Notes under the pieces: generated by a model
The model's database searches: none
What the model was told of the DNA's origin: nothing
The model's input: only the letters and a program-made list of their open reading frames with translations
DNA from: Candidatus Helarchaeota archaeon
GTDB lineage: Archaea > Asgardarchaeota > Lokiarchaeia > Helarchaeales > RDOG01
Direction: 5' to 3'
NCBI GenBank assembly: GCA_029838215.1
Contig: JALGVI010000043.1
Location: 1 to 48,491 of the forward strand
DNA: 48,491 nt
Translations under genes and position numbers: made by a program
In this document: positions 1 to 9,705 of the stretch, one piece after another
How positions within the stretch are numbered: the stretch's first letter is position 1
How the letters are laid out: each line of letters opens with the position of its first letter

Positions 1-220
1 AAAAAAAATAAAAAAATAAAAACCTTTAATTTACATAATTCTTTAGAAAAGAAACAAGTATAGCTTGCGTGGTAATTTAGACGTCCTCAAAATCAGGTCT
101 CGTCCATCAAGCTTACGTGGACACGGACGTAATATTAACCTTTAAATTTATTAACGCAACAACCAAATAACATATTCATGTAGAGCCTAATTCAGGGTCT
201 ATTTAGTCACATGAGGAAAT

Positions 221-769
221 GTGGACATGAGCAAGAAAGGAAAAAGAATTCGCGTGTCAAAAAAAGAACAGGTTGAAAATCCTACTTCACGGATGGATAA
301 AATTAAGAATTTCTTTAGACGGCTTTGGCCCGAGAAATTGATACGTAAACCGAGATCTAGACTCGATTTTGAGTTCTTGACGCGAATGGAACTCCCCAGT
401 CCGCCTCGTGAGGTTTTCTTTATCCTTGTATTGCTTTTCTTCCTGTATATCGTTTCTGGTGGCATCTATAACATGACCAGAAAGACGATACCCCTAAATT
501 ACCAACAGATAGGAGATTTTGTTCAACCAGTCTTTTTTTGGAAAGATTTACACGAACAATTTATATTGGAAGGAATAATTTTTGCAATTCTATTGTTCAT
601 AGTTTTCATGGGAACATATTTAATATATGAATCTACCAAAAACTTTTACCGACCCAGCACTTCATACGCATATTTAGTGATTGGATTAATCCTATTCTTC
701 CTCGCCTTTGCATTTATCGAACTCTTAATTCATCAAAAAATCACTTCATTTTATTCACCCGAATTTTGA
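221..769 (+). CDS. OST3/OST6-family membrane protein, OSTC/DC2-like oligosaccharyltransferase accessory subunit
   Basis: Three TM helices. LYIVSGGIYN, PVFF...QFILEGIIFAILL and a terminal K..F resemble the DC2/OSTC pattern (YFLITGGIIYD, PVAF..QYIMEGL, KLPGY). Basic N-terminal extension. Confidence 0.75.
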   Translation: MDMSKKGKRIRVSKKEQVENPTSRMDKIKNFFRRLWPEKLIRKPRSRLDFEFLTRMELPSPPREVFFILVLLFFLYIVSGGIYNMTRKTIPLNYQQIGDFVQPVFFWKDLHEQFILEGIIFAILLFIVFMGTYLIYESTKNFYRPSTSYAYLVIGLILFFLAFAFIELLIHQKITSFYSPEF

Positions 770-770
770 A

Positions 771-1352
771 GTGAGCCGTAAGTGGGTGTTGAAACTGACC
801 AGTAACATGCCTGAAGTCAGTGGAATCATCTTTTCAGCCTTCATGTCATCGATGTATGATTTCATGGGCAAGGATGGTCTACTGTCCATATTGAAATTTG
901 CGGATCTTGATGAGTTGGTAGACTATGGCGTGAAAAATGACTATCCAAAATCAAAAAACATTGTCTATTCAAAATTTCAATCTTTTCTTCATGCCATGAC
1001 TGAAATTATGGGGCACGGAACATCCGAAATTCTAATTCATTACGGAAAAAATTACTTGGGTCTAAAACTCATCGCATATTATGGTAGCGGCATTGAAGAA
1101 ATGGTCAGTAACTTCGAGAAATGGCTCGGCGGAAAGTGGACCGTCATCACCAATCGACCTGAAGAGGTCGTGATTAGCGTGGAAAATGGATTATTCGTGC
1201 AAGAATACCCGCAACTTACAAGTTGGGCGATCTTGCAAGGTGTTTTTAGCTGTATTTTAGAACAATTAACGGGCGATAATTATTTCGCAGATGAAATGGA
1301 ACTGAGCAACTCGGATACACCGAGCTGCAAGTTTACGATCCGAAGGAAATAA
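771..1352 (+). CDS. V4R-domain protein (4-vinyl reductase/TRAPP-Bet3-like fold)
   Basis: GTG start 1 nt after the upstream stop. The layout G.DGL.SIL, G.EIL..YG, beta-rich C-terminus and terminal C.F.IRR is typical of V4R proteins. Confidence 0.6.
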   Translation: MSRKWVLKLTSNMPEVSGIIFSAFMSSMYDFMGKDGLLSILKFADLDELVDYGVKNDYPKSKNIVYSKFQSFLHAMTEIMGHGTSEILIHYGKNYLGLKLIAYYGSGIEEMVSNFEKWLGGKWTVITNRPEEVVISVENGLFVQEYPQLTSWAILQGVFSCILEQLTGDNYFADEMELSNSDTPSCKFTIRRK

Positions 1353-2042
1353 TTACTTGCAGCCTTGTTCGGTTAACTCAAATCGACAAGATTTCTTTAC
1401 CAAATTATCTTTTTCTAGGAGAGAAATGACTCTCTGGGGACTTCTTTTAGAGGGCACTTCGAGTCGAAAATCATGATTACTCCAATATCGAATTAGTTTA
1501 CCCGCACGGGGGAAAACCGTGCTCGTTCCTTCTTCAATATCAGCGTGAACTTGATTACAAAGTATCGTTATTAAGGACTTATCTTGAGAATACTGCCATA
1601 TCAAAGCCAGGGTTTGATTAAATTTCTTGCCAAGCCTGAAATTCTTTTTAGCCTTTCCGGGCTCGGGGTGATAATGTGCAGTAATGGTATCAAAAATGAG
1701 CAATTTCACGCCGCTCACCAAATAAGTTTCGAGATCTTCTATAATGTCCACGAATTTTTTGAAGTTTTCAGGAACGTGCACAAAAATTTTCTCGGAAATC
1801 TTCGTGAAATTAGAACCCGCCAGTTGTTTTAATCGAAGTGGTGTAAATGACCTGTCCATGTCAAATATTAATGATCGTTTTCCATGCCTTGCCAATTCAC
1901 AGGCACATTGCAAAGCAATAATCGATTTACCACTACCACTTTCACCGAAGATGTGATATATTTGTCCTTCCTTAAATCCCCCTTCCAAGATGCTGTTCAG
2001 ACAAGGACTATCTAGAGAAACTTGCATGGAAAACGACCTCAA
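1353..2042 (-). CDS. radB: DNA repair and recombination protein RadB (RecA/Rad51 superfamily)
   Basis: LNSILEGG, Walker A GESGSGKS, Walker B LLIFDT, ILCNQV, GKLIRYWS; about 225 aa with no N-terminal HhH domain. The true start may be the ATG at 2027. Confidence 0.85.
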   Translation of the reverse strand: MRSFSMQVSLDSPCLNSILEGGFKEGQIYHIFGESGSGKSIIALQCACELARHGKRSLIFDMDRSFTPLRLKQLAGSNFTKISEKIFVHVPENFKKFVDIIEDLETYLVSGVKLLIFDTITAHYHPEPGKAKKNFRLGKKFNQTLALIWQYSQDKSLITILCNQVHADIEEGTSTVFPRAGKLIRYWSNHDFRLEVPSKRSPQRVISLLEKDNLVKKSCRFELTEQGCK

Positions 2043-2159
2043 TTTCTTCCACGAAAATTCTTGAATTAAAAGGTTTTCGGTGCTTGTAACATTCTAAAAA
2101 CTTATATCCGATCCATACTTACTTATTCTGGAGTAAATTCGTTTTATTAACTCTTCAGG

Positions 2160-3281
2160 TTGAAATACGTGTCGTTATTCAGAAAGAATCGGAAACCACC
2201 CACATTCATGAATGGAGAAGAGGAAGATACTCTTTCCAAAAAGAATATTTATCGTGCAATGCTTGATAAGAATTCCTCTATCCTCGTCAAGGAGACTTCA
2301 AACCGCATGTTTTTCATCCTGAAAAAGGATTTGATAGATTATAAAATGCACGTGTTTGCTTCTGAAGCACCCATCTCAAATTTTATTTTGAGTGATGAAA
2401 TCACGGAATTCGAGACGGTCATTGCCGATAAGTCCATTCTCGAAAAAGAGGTTTTCCCTTTTCAAGATAAAATCGCGAAAATCTTTAAGCGCTCTCTTGA
2501 TTTGATAAGCGTGCGGTTGTGCGTGGGTCAAGAAGATGATCACGTTACAATCGATGAGAATGATCTCAAGAAAGTAGATATCAAGCCATCAATTCAAGGA
2601 TTGAAAGAATTTTTACTCACGAATCGCTCGGTAATTGGGTTTAGCGTGCGAAAATTTGATACGAAAAAGGGAAATCTTATCTTTTTAGAAACCAAATTGA
2701 ATCAAGCATTTGAAAAGAACGAGATCAAGACAATTCGAATGAAGATAATTGCGAGCCTTCAACAACGGGGCCTTTACATGCAAAAGCACCATCGCCCATT
2801 TGGTCTTCAAATGTACATCGTCATAAATCTGAGAAAGAGATCTGATGAAATATCTCCCGAAACAATTAGCATTCTCAAGCAACTGGGAATCCCTATTGAT
2901 AACATTCAATTCAGAAGAAACGTGATGGTATCTAACTGGCAAGCCATTGAATGCGAACTCAGGCAGATGAATCTATGCAATTATTTACAGAACCAATTTC
3001 CCAAATTAAGCCACTCAGATGTTTCACAAATCGCAAGATTTTGCCAGATAAACGATCTCGGATTTGACGTTTCGATCAAGATGGCAACGATTCTGAGCAA
3101 GTCGAAAGAAGAGCGCTATAGCAAAAAAGACCAAGGAACAAAATTTCTAAATGAAAATGAAATCACGGCAGCAGGTATCGTGGCGGCAGAATATTTCGGC
3201 ATTCAAAACATTGAAGTCGAAAAAGAATTAGGACATAAACTCATAAGAAAATATTATGATGAGTTCAACGATTACGTGTAA
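2160..3281 (+). CDS. Hypothetical protein with a possible C-terminal cyclin/TFIIB-like helical repeat
   Basis: 373-aa ORF, TTG start. C-terminal IARFCQINDLG..V..KMATIL.....ITAAGIVAAEYFG resembles a TFB cyclin-box repeat. Confidence 0.7.
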   Translation: MKYVSLFRKNRKPPTFMNGEEEDTLSKKNIYRAMLDKNSSILVKETSNRMFFILKKDLIDYKMHVFASEAPISNFILSDEITEFETVIADKSILEKEVFPFQDKIAKIFKRSLDLISVRLCVGQEDDHVTIDENDLKKVDIKPSIQGLKEFLLTNRSVIGFSVRKFDTKKGNLIFLETKLNQAFEKNEIKTIRMKIIASLQQRGLYMQKHHRPFGLQMYIVINLRKRSDEISPETISILKQLGIPIDNIQFRRNVMVSNWQAIECELRQMNLCNYLQNQFPKLSHSDVSQIARFCQINDLGFDVSIKMATILSKSKEERYSKKDQGTKFLNENEITAAGIVAAEYFGIQNIEVEKELGHKLIRKYYDEFNDYV

Positions 3282-3369
3282 TTTCTTTTCCTTTTTGCCT
3301 TACTTGCTTTTTGACGTTGTTGTTTCAAATTTTTTAAATTAAAAAAGAAAAAGTAATTCGTTTGTGAGA

Positions 3370-3552
3370 TTAGATCTGCAGATCGTGGCGAAGTTGGTAT
3401 TCAGGGCATTCTACGTTACTCTCAAGCATTTTCATGCGATCTTTTTCTTTCACGTACTTGCACTTCTCACGTCCTTTTTTGTCTATTAAAAACCATTCAC
3501 AGGTTTCACAGGGTATTTCGATTTCTTCTGTGTCTTCACCTTCACCGCTCAT
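3370..3552 (-). CDS. Small Cys-containing protein (CxxC...C...C), probable metal-binding
   Basis: 60 aa, acidic N-terminus, PCETCEWF...C...CPEY; purine-rich GAGGGA upstream of the ATG. Confidence 0.7.
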   Translation of the reverse strand: MSGEGEDTEEIEIPCETCEWFLIDKKGREKCKYVKEKDRMKMLESNVECPEYQLRHDLQI

Positions 3553-3565
3553 TTTTTGATCCCTC

Positions 3566-3667
3566 TTAGTATTTTTTTATGATTTTTTTATTTTTCTTTC
3601 GGATTTTCTTTGTATTTTTTCTAATATTTCCGTAGGAACTTTTAGATGAGAGATTCTTCTTTGGCAT
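3566..3667 (-). CDS. Very small Lys-rich basic peptide, 33 aa (not in ORF track)
   Basis: Hand translation: MPKKNLSSKSSYGNIRKNTKKIRKKNKKIIKKY*. AGGAGA sits just before the ATG; the stop is 13 nt before the next ATG. Confidence 0.5.
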   Translation of the reverse strand: MPKKNLSSKSSYGNIRKNTKKIRKKNKKIIKKY

Positions 3668-3984
3668 GGTTCTCCTATACTAATTGCAAGAGGGGATTTT
3701 TATTTCTTTCCAGAGATTTATTTAAATTTACATGCGAATTTTGCTCCTGCTCATCTCTAAAAACAAATTTAAAAATTGCAATACCAGCTTCAATATCTAA
3801 GGATATTTTAACATGATACATGCCATAAGAGTCAACTTTTTAAATATGCTCGACTTTTTAAAATCAGTCAAGAATCAATAACACAATGGTTTTCTTGCTA
3901 AAATGCGGGAGCAATCTCCCGAATAATTTCATATCAAAGTTGCAATTAAAGTTTTTATTCGGATAAATAGGATGTCGCATTTTC

Positions 3985-4758
3985 ATGGACTCGAAATACG
4001 CAATCCTGACTGAAGATTTAACAAAAAAGTATGGAAAAAATCTTTTTGCCGTAAAAAATCTCAACTTAAAAATCGAGCAGGGCATTACTTACGGACTTTT
4101 GGGACCAAACGGAGCAGGCAAAACAACAACAGTTCGCATGTTAAATGGAATCATAAGACCAACCTCAGGGACAGCTCTCGTCGATGGACACGATATCGTG
4201 AAAGACGCCTTGCGTGTAAAAGCTATCACGGGTTTTTTGCCCGAAACGCCTTCAATTTACGAGAAATTATCTGCCACGGAATTTTTAGAATTTATTGGAG
4301 ATTTGTATTCAGTTCCTTCTTCCACGTTAAGAGACCGAATTCAGAATTTATTTAAACTTTTTGATCTTAATGGACGAGAGAATGATCTGTTGGAGGGATA
4401 CTCACGCGGCATGAAACAAAAGGTCTGTCTCATGTCGGCTCTCATCCATGATCCTGATATCATTTTTTTAGATGAGCCGACTTCGAATTTAGACCCTGAA
4501 TCTGCTTATAAGGTCCGTGATCTCATTCTTCACCTGGCAAAGAATGCTTCAAAAACCATTTTTCTTTGCACGCATTTGCTCCGACACGCAGAGGAGATGT
4601 GTGATCGCATTGGAATAATCAAAGATGGGCAATTGATTATTGAAGGAACCCCTCAGGAAATCATGACGAAGACGGAAACATCGGATTTAGAAAAGGCATA
4701 TCTCAAGATCATGGGAAATGTTCACGATGAAGATTTAGGATACATGAACATGAAATGA
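3985..4758 (+). CDS. ABC transporter ATP-binding subunit (ABC-2/CcmA-like exporter)
   Basis: Walker A GPNGAGKT, signature YSRGMKQK, Walker B IIFLDEPT, H-loop CTH. Confidence 0.95.
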   Translation: MDSKYAILTEDLTKKYGKNLFAVKNLNLKIEQGITYGLLGPNGAGKTTTVRMLNGIIRPTSGTALVDGHDIVKDALRVKAITGFLPETPSIYEKLSATEFLEFIGDLYSVPSSTLRDRIQNLFKLFDLNGRENDLLEGYSRGMKQKVCLMSALIHDPDIIFLDEPTSNLDPESAYKVRDLILHLAKNASKTIFLCTHLLRHAEEMCDRIGIIKDGQLIIEGTPQEIMTKTETSDLEKAYLKIMGNVHDEDLGYMNMK

Positions 4759-4771
4759 AGGATGGATCGAC

Positions 4772-6385
4772 ATGTGGACGTGGCTTAAAATTGCTCGTGC
4801 CGAGATTCTTCTCTGGAGTGTAAAATTAAGGGGTCACCGGAAACTCTTCTTCGTTTTATTGTCCATCATGATTGTGATCTTAAATATTTCCTTAAATCTC
4901 GCCACCACGTTTATTTTTAGACCTCTAGCCGCACCTTTTGCCTTTCTCATCATCCCTTACATTGCCCCCGGTCTGGAGATCTTCTTCATGTTTTTATTCT
5001 TATTCTTTTTAACGTATCCGATTCAATATGCACTTCAAGAATTTCAAATAGGACATCTTGAAATCATTTTATCGGCCCCAGTCCGTCCGAAAGATGTTTT
5101 TTTCGGTGAATACTTTGGTCAGGTTGTCATTTATGTGTTTTTTCTCTTTATCATAGCACCAATAATTGTTTCGATAATTGGAGCTTTCGTGGAAATCTCG
5201 ATATTTGCACAACTCATGATAATTACCTTTTCCGCACTCTTGCTTCTATCCGCATCTTTTCTGGGAAATTGTGCCGCCTCATATTTGTCTGTAAAGTTTG
5301 GGACTTCTACTCGCAAGAAAGATCTGGGCAAGATCGTTTTGATGATCGTGAGTGCTGTTATTGCAATTCCTTCAATGATGATTTCTCTGATTTGGATTGC
5401 ACCTTGGGTGCTTCTCTTGCCAGCAATTAGGATGATATTTCAATTTAGTCCATCAACATGGTTTGCAACATTGGTTCTTTTCTTCATAAACCCCTTCTTG
5501 ACTTATAATGGGATTTTTGGTTTTATTAATCCCGCTCTTAATGCATTATTTGCCTGTGGATTTCTGGCGGCTGTCTTTGGACTTGGATTTAAGTATGCTG
5601 ATAGGTTCTTTTCTCTCGATGCGGGTCAACCTGAAGAACGAATTCTTGCAAAGGAGAATTTCTTCTATCGTTTCATTCGACGCGTTTTTGGCGTGCCGAG
5701 TTCAGTACAAGCCAAGGAGTTTTTCAGAAGGAATGAGAATCTTGGTCGCCTTGGCTATTCAGTTGCATTTGGAATCATCTTTCCCATTATCATGATAATG
5801 ATTCAGCTCTTTACAGGAGATCCCGATTCCATCATGATTGGCAACACGATGAATTTGGTTTTCGTGCCGTGGATTTTTGCCATGATGCAAGGTTTAATGG
5901 TCGGCATGTTCATAATGGTTCGTTCGAAAGACATGATTTGGATTTATAAAAAATCTCCAAAGGGAGTCAGGACACTCGTTTCAAGTTTTTATAAAACGAA
6001 TTATTTCATTTCGTTCTTGATCACGATCTTTCTGACTGTGGTCATTTCCATCATCTTTCAATATAACATCTTCTTGGCTTTGCTCTTGTTCTTGCTACTC
6101 AATGTCTGGGAGCTCGTGACCTATAATATCGTCATTGGCGTTCAATGTTCGAGACCCGCATTCGAAGAAAGAGGCACCAGAATGACAATAAATGTCCTGA
6201 TTTCCATGTTATTATTAGTTGGAGTTTGGCTTGGGATCTTCATTCCAATGATCACGTTGTTTTCTTTCTTTCTGGACTTCACGATAGTGATGTTTCTGGT
6301 TTCCATTGTTTCTCCGTTGTTCATGCTTGCTATAAGTACGGTGATCTTGTTCTTGGGCATTAAGCAACTTGACAAATTCGAATAA
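4772..6385 (+). CDS. ABC exporter permease (large, about 12-14 TM)
   Basis: Highly hydrophobic 537 aa directly after the ATPase. Two halves, with ILSAPVRPKDVFFGEY and IYKKSPKG..TLV loops typical of ABC-2 permeases. Confidence 0.85.
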   Translation: MWTWLKIARAEILLWSVKLRGHRKLFFVLLSIMIVILNISLNLATTFIFRPLAAPFAFLIIPYIAPGLEIFFMFLFLFFLTYPIQYALQEFQIGHLEIILSAPVRPKDVFFGEYFGQVVIYVFFLFIIAPIIVSIIGAFVEISIFAQLMIITFSALLLLSASFLGNCAASYLSVKFGTSTRKKDLGKIVLMIVSAVIAIPSMMISLIWIAPWVLLLPAIRMIFQFSPSTWFATLVLFFINPFLTYNGIFGFINPALNALFACGFLAAVFGLGFKYADRFFSLDAGQPEERILAKENFFYRFIRRVFGVPSSVQAKEFFRRNENLGRLGYSVAFGIIFPIIMIMIQLFTGDPDSIMIGNTMNLVFVPWIFAMMQGLMVGMFIMVRSKDMIWIYKKSPKGVRTLVSSFYKTNYFISFLITIFLTVVISIIFQYNIFLALLLFLLLNVWELVTYNIVIGVQCSRPAFEERGTRMTINVLISMLLLVGVWLGIFIPMITLFSFFLDFTIVMFLVSIVSPLFMLAISTVILFLGIKQLDKFE

Positions 6386-6426
6386 AAAAAAATGGAAAGA
6401 AAAAAAGAAGCCAATCACCGCAAGTT

Positions 6427-7911
6427 TTACTTTACCTTGCCAGTAATGCGTTTTCCTTCGTGGATTTTGAGTAATTCGACTTGGAAAGTCGATTTTAGCT
6501 TGCGGTATGCTTTTTTAGCATTTTTATTTGGAGTCTTTGTTTCGGTCAAATGGGCCATTTTAGAGATGGCTTCTTCAGGCGTTTTATAAAGCCCTGCACC
6601 GAGAAATCCGAGAATGGCGGCACCTAACGCGGATCCTTCCTTAACTTGAAATAGTTGAACTGGTTTTTGGATGACATCGGCAATGATTTGAGCCCAGATG
6701 GGGCTATTCGCTCCACCACCATCAAGTTTTAATTCACTGAAGTCTCCTGCGACGCTTTTTATCAGCATTGAATACATTGCGATGGTATATGCAGTGGATT
6801 CTAGAATTGCACGCGTGAAGCTGGCACGGTCGTGTCCGAAACTCCAACCATATACCGTGCCTTTTGCATCAAATTGTAATGGAATGATCATGAGTCCGTT
6901 GCATCCTGCAGGCACGGATTCTGCTTCCTTGATTATTAAATCGTATATCGAAACGTTTTCGTTTTTACTCCGTTCGAATAGATCCATTGCAAAATTCTCG
7001 ACGTACCATTTCAATAACGTGCCGGTTCCGGGAAGGACTCCTTCGAGAACCCAACGATTCGGCAGGACGTGTGGATTTGTAAATAACAAGCCCCCCTTAT
7101 CGATGATTCTTTCCTCCAAGACGAGATCGGTGAAGGCTCCCGTTCCCAATGTCGTCTTGCAGTCTCCTTGTGAGATTCCGCCCACTCCAAGAGCTGAGCA
7201 CTGCTGGTCGGCACCACCCAAGTAGATGGGAAGACCTTTTTTTAGTCCTAATTCGTCCGATACGTTTCCAAGTAACTCTCCAATCGTTGAACCATTCTCC
7301 TTTATCTCGGCCCATTTATCAAATTCGATTCCAACTTCGTTTGATAGCGACTCGGAAAGTTCTAATGTGTTAAAATCCAATATGCCGTATGCAGAATTCG
7401 AGCGATCCGTGATATATTCGCCAGTTAGAAAATGGTAAACATATGAATCAGGCTGTATTATCTTGGCAGTACGTTCATAAATTTCGGGATGTGCTTCCTT
7501 AATCCATAACGCCTTGATGATCGCCCATCGTTGATATTCTTTCCATGAAAACTCGAAAAGTGCCTTGTTATCATTCAGTTGTTGCAGTGATTCAGGAATG
7601 CGAAAATCTTGCCAGGTGATGGCAGGATACAACGGCTCACCAGTTTTGTCAACAAATGTCGTTGTTGCTCGGTGAAAACAAGCAGAAATACCCAAAATAT
7701 TATCCTTGTCTACATTCTTCAAGGCAGTTTTGGACGTTTGTTTGATTCCTTCAATCCAGATTTTTGGGTCTTGTTCATAAACGCCAGGGGGTTGCTTCGT
7801 GATCGGATATTCATAATGGGCTTTCGAAACAATTTTTCCCGTTTCAGAAAATATGATGGTTCTGGCTCCTGTCGTTCCGACATCAAATATGCAAATAAAA
7901 TTCTCAGTCAT
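6427..7911 (-). CDS. FGGY-family carbohydrate kinase (xylulokinase-like)
   Basis: IFDVGTTGART, ITWQD.R, GGADQQCSALGVG, LGTG, RAILESTA, LDGGGANS..WAQI.AD, EGSALGAA. Confidence 0.93.
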   Translation of the reverse strand: MTENFICIFDVGTTGARTIIFSETGKIVSKAHYEYPITKQPPGVYEQDPKIWIEGIKQTSKTALKNVDKDNILGISACFHRATTTFVDKTGEPLYPAITWQDFRIPESLQQLNDNKALFEFSWKEYQRWAIIKALWIKEAHPEIYERTAKIIQPDSYVYHFLTGEYITDRSNSAYGILDFNTLELSESLSNEVGIEFDKWAEIKENGSTIGELLGNVSDELGLKKGLPIYLGGADQQCSALGVGGISQGDCKTTLGTGAFTDLVLEERIIDKGGLLFTNPHVLPNRWVLEGVLPGTGTLLKWYVENFAMDLFERSKNENVSIYDLIIKEAESVPAGCNGLMIIPLQFDAKGTVYGWSFGHDRASFTRAILESTAYTIAMYSMLIKSVAGDFSELKLDGGGANSPIWAQIIADVIQKPVQLFQVKEGSALGAAILGFLGAGLYKTPEEAISKMAHLTETKTPNKNAKKAYRKLKSTFQVELLKIHEGKRITGKVK

Positions 7912-8060
7912 AGATAATTCCCCTTAACATATCTCAGCTTATCATTCTAAAAATATAAGTTAGCATTGGTAAATATATAAAAAAAATGAATGATAATGAT
8001 TATTAAACGGAACTCGTTGATACTTAATTTACATGTCATAAAACAAAAAAAGGGATTAAA

Positions 8061-8681
8061 ATGGACGAATATGATGAATTTAGCATGAGTTTAGCTCTTC
8101 GAATGGCAGTCGTCTGCGGAGCAGGAGTGGGCTTTTCTATTCTCGGTAGCATGGTATCGATTTGGATATTTAACTCACAAGTAGCACTGAACATGATAGA
8201 TTTAATCTTTCAGTTTGTTGCACTTAGCGGAAGAATCCCTGCGGAACTCTTGATCATGCTCACTTTTACAGTAGTTAGCCTAGTGGCGCCTTCGATAAAT
8301 GTCATCATGCAAATGTTTTTCCAGCCTTTCATGATCACGAAAGGGATCACCACCCATGAGTTATTCTCAATTACGATCTCTTCAGTCATCACTTGGATAG
8401 TCGTAGGGATCGTCGTGGGGATTCTATCGAAGCATTGGTTTCAAGGTCTTCAAAATACGCTTATCACGGGAATCTTGCACTATATCATGGATGCTATTCT
8501 GTTAATCGTTGTTGTTGCGATTTCAGGGAATCTTTTCACTGGCATTGTGACTTATGGTATAATATACATAGCTTTCGTGTTGGTGCTTCTGTTTGCAATT
8601 CCTAATTTTCTCGTGTTAATGGTTTCGGGAGCCGCAGGTGGCATAATCGGACAATACGTCGTTTTCAAGGATAGATACTGA
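8061..8681 (+). CDS. Hypothetical multi-pass membrane protein
   Basis: 206 aa with about 5 hydrophobic helices; ATG after a purine-rich tract. Confidence 0.75.
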   Translation: MDEYDEFSMSLALRMAVVCGAGVGFSILGSMVSIWIFNSQVALNMIDLIFQFVALSGRIPAELLIMLTFTVVSLVAPSINVIMQMFFQPFMITKGITTHELFSITISSVITWIVVGIVVGILSKHWFQGLQNTLITGILHYIMDAILLIVVVAISGNLFTGIVTYGIIYIAFVLVLLFAIPNFLVLMVSGAAGGIIGQYVVFKDRY

Positions 8682-8768
8682 AAGTCCTAAATTTTCCATT
8701 TTCTTTTTACTTTTCTGAGCAATAGATTTCTTTGGAAAACTCATCTACAATAAGATCTGTGAAGCAAG

Positions 8769-9530
8769 ATGAATTGGAGTTTGTGGAAAGCAAAATTTGA
8801 TGAAATAATTGAAGGATTTGGAGGGCAACTTGATTTTCAAGCAGATATTGATTCTGCGAGAGTTCTTAACGATCTTCTTGATGGTTCCATTCAGGATGCA
8901 TTGAAACAGCAGATGTCCAAGAAGATTTCAGGAAGAGAAGTCTTTATTTTTGGATGCGGTCCGTCCTTGGAACGAAACCTTGCTTGCCTACGAGATTTGC
9001 ATCTTCTGAACGAGTCCAAGACAATTATTGCTGCTGATGGCGCCACGTCATTATTCATTCAGGCAAGAATTCCCGTTGACATCATCGTGTCGGACTTGGA
9101 TGGAAGTGTTCCCGACATCATTCAAGCAAGTCAAATGGGAGCAATAATTGTCATTCACGCGCATGGAGATAATGTAAAATTAATCAAAAAATTCGTTCAT
9201 TCGTTGCGAAATTGCATGGGTACTTGTCAAACGCAACCATTTGGATGGCTTCACAATTGGGGAGGTTTTACTGATGGTGATAGATGCGTTTTTCTAGCAG
9301 AGCATTTTCTAGCACGTAGAATCATGCTTTTTGGTTTTGATTTCGGGGAGAGCGTTGGAAAATATTCGAAGCCCTCATTCAAGCATTCAATGCCTGCAAC
9401 TCAGATAAAAAAACAAAAACTTCACGTGGCATTCCAACTAATTGAATTCCTGAAGGCGAATACAGATACACGCATTATAAATTGTACTTTTTTAACCGAA
9501 AGAGAAATCTTGGACATCATAACAGCTTGA
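8769..9530 (+). CDS. mptE: 6-hydroxymethyl-7,8-dihydropterin pyrophosphokinase (MptE/DUF115)
   Basis: GCGPSL, IAADGA, IVSDLDG, VIHAHGDN, GTCQT, NWGGFTDGDR, LFGFDFG, KKQKL motifs. Confidence 0.9.
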   Translation: MNWSLWKAKFDEIIEGFGGQLDFQADIDSARVLNDLLDGSIQDALKQQMSKKISGREVFIFGCGPSLERNLACLRDLHLLNESKTIIAADGATSLFIQARIPVDIIVSDLDGSVPDIIQASQMGAIIVIHAHGDNVKLIKKFVHSLRNCMGTCQTQPFGWLHNWGGFTDGDRCVFLAEHFLARRIMLFGFDFGESVGKYSKPSFKHSMPATQIKKQKLHVAFQLIEFLKANTDTRIINCTFLTEREILDIITA

Positions 9531-9546
9531 ATTATAATTCCGCTTC

Positions 9547-9705
9547 TCATCTAGAAATGCTAACTAGTTGTGGATTAAATGAAAGCGTTTTATGACAGCG
9601 TGGACATTCATCCCCGAATCGTTTCAAGATTTCAGAAGGGCAAATTAATTCCTGACTATTATATAAGATAAAACCACATTTTCTACAGTAAATTCGTTGT
9701 GGCAT
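9547..9705 (-). CDS. Small zinc-ribbon protein, 52 aa (not in ORF track)
   Basis: Hand translation: MPQRIYCRKCGFILYNSQELICPSEILKRFGDECPRCHKTLSFNPQLVSISR*. Two CxxC pairs; GAGGTG 2 nt upstream of the ATG. Confidence 0.85.
   Translation of the reverse strand: MPQRIYCRKCGFILYNSQELICPSEILKRFGDECPRCHKTLSFNPQLVSISR

Noticed and set aside
9532-9549. TGA stop of the 52-aa zinc-ribbon ORF followed by GAA GCG GAA TTA TAA
   Set aside because: Only four extra codons, no Cys/Sec motif and no SECIS.
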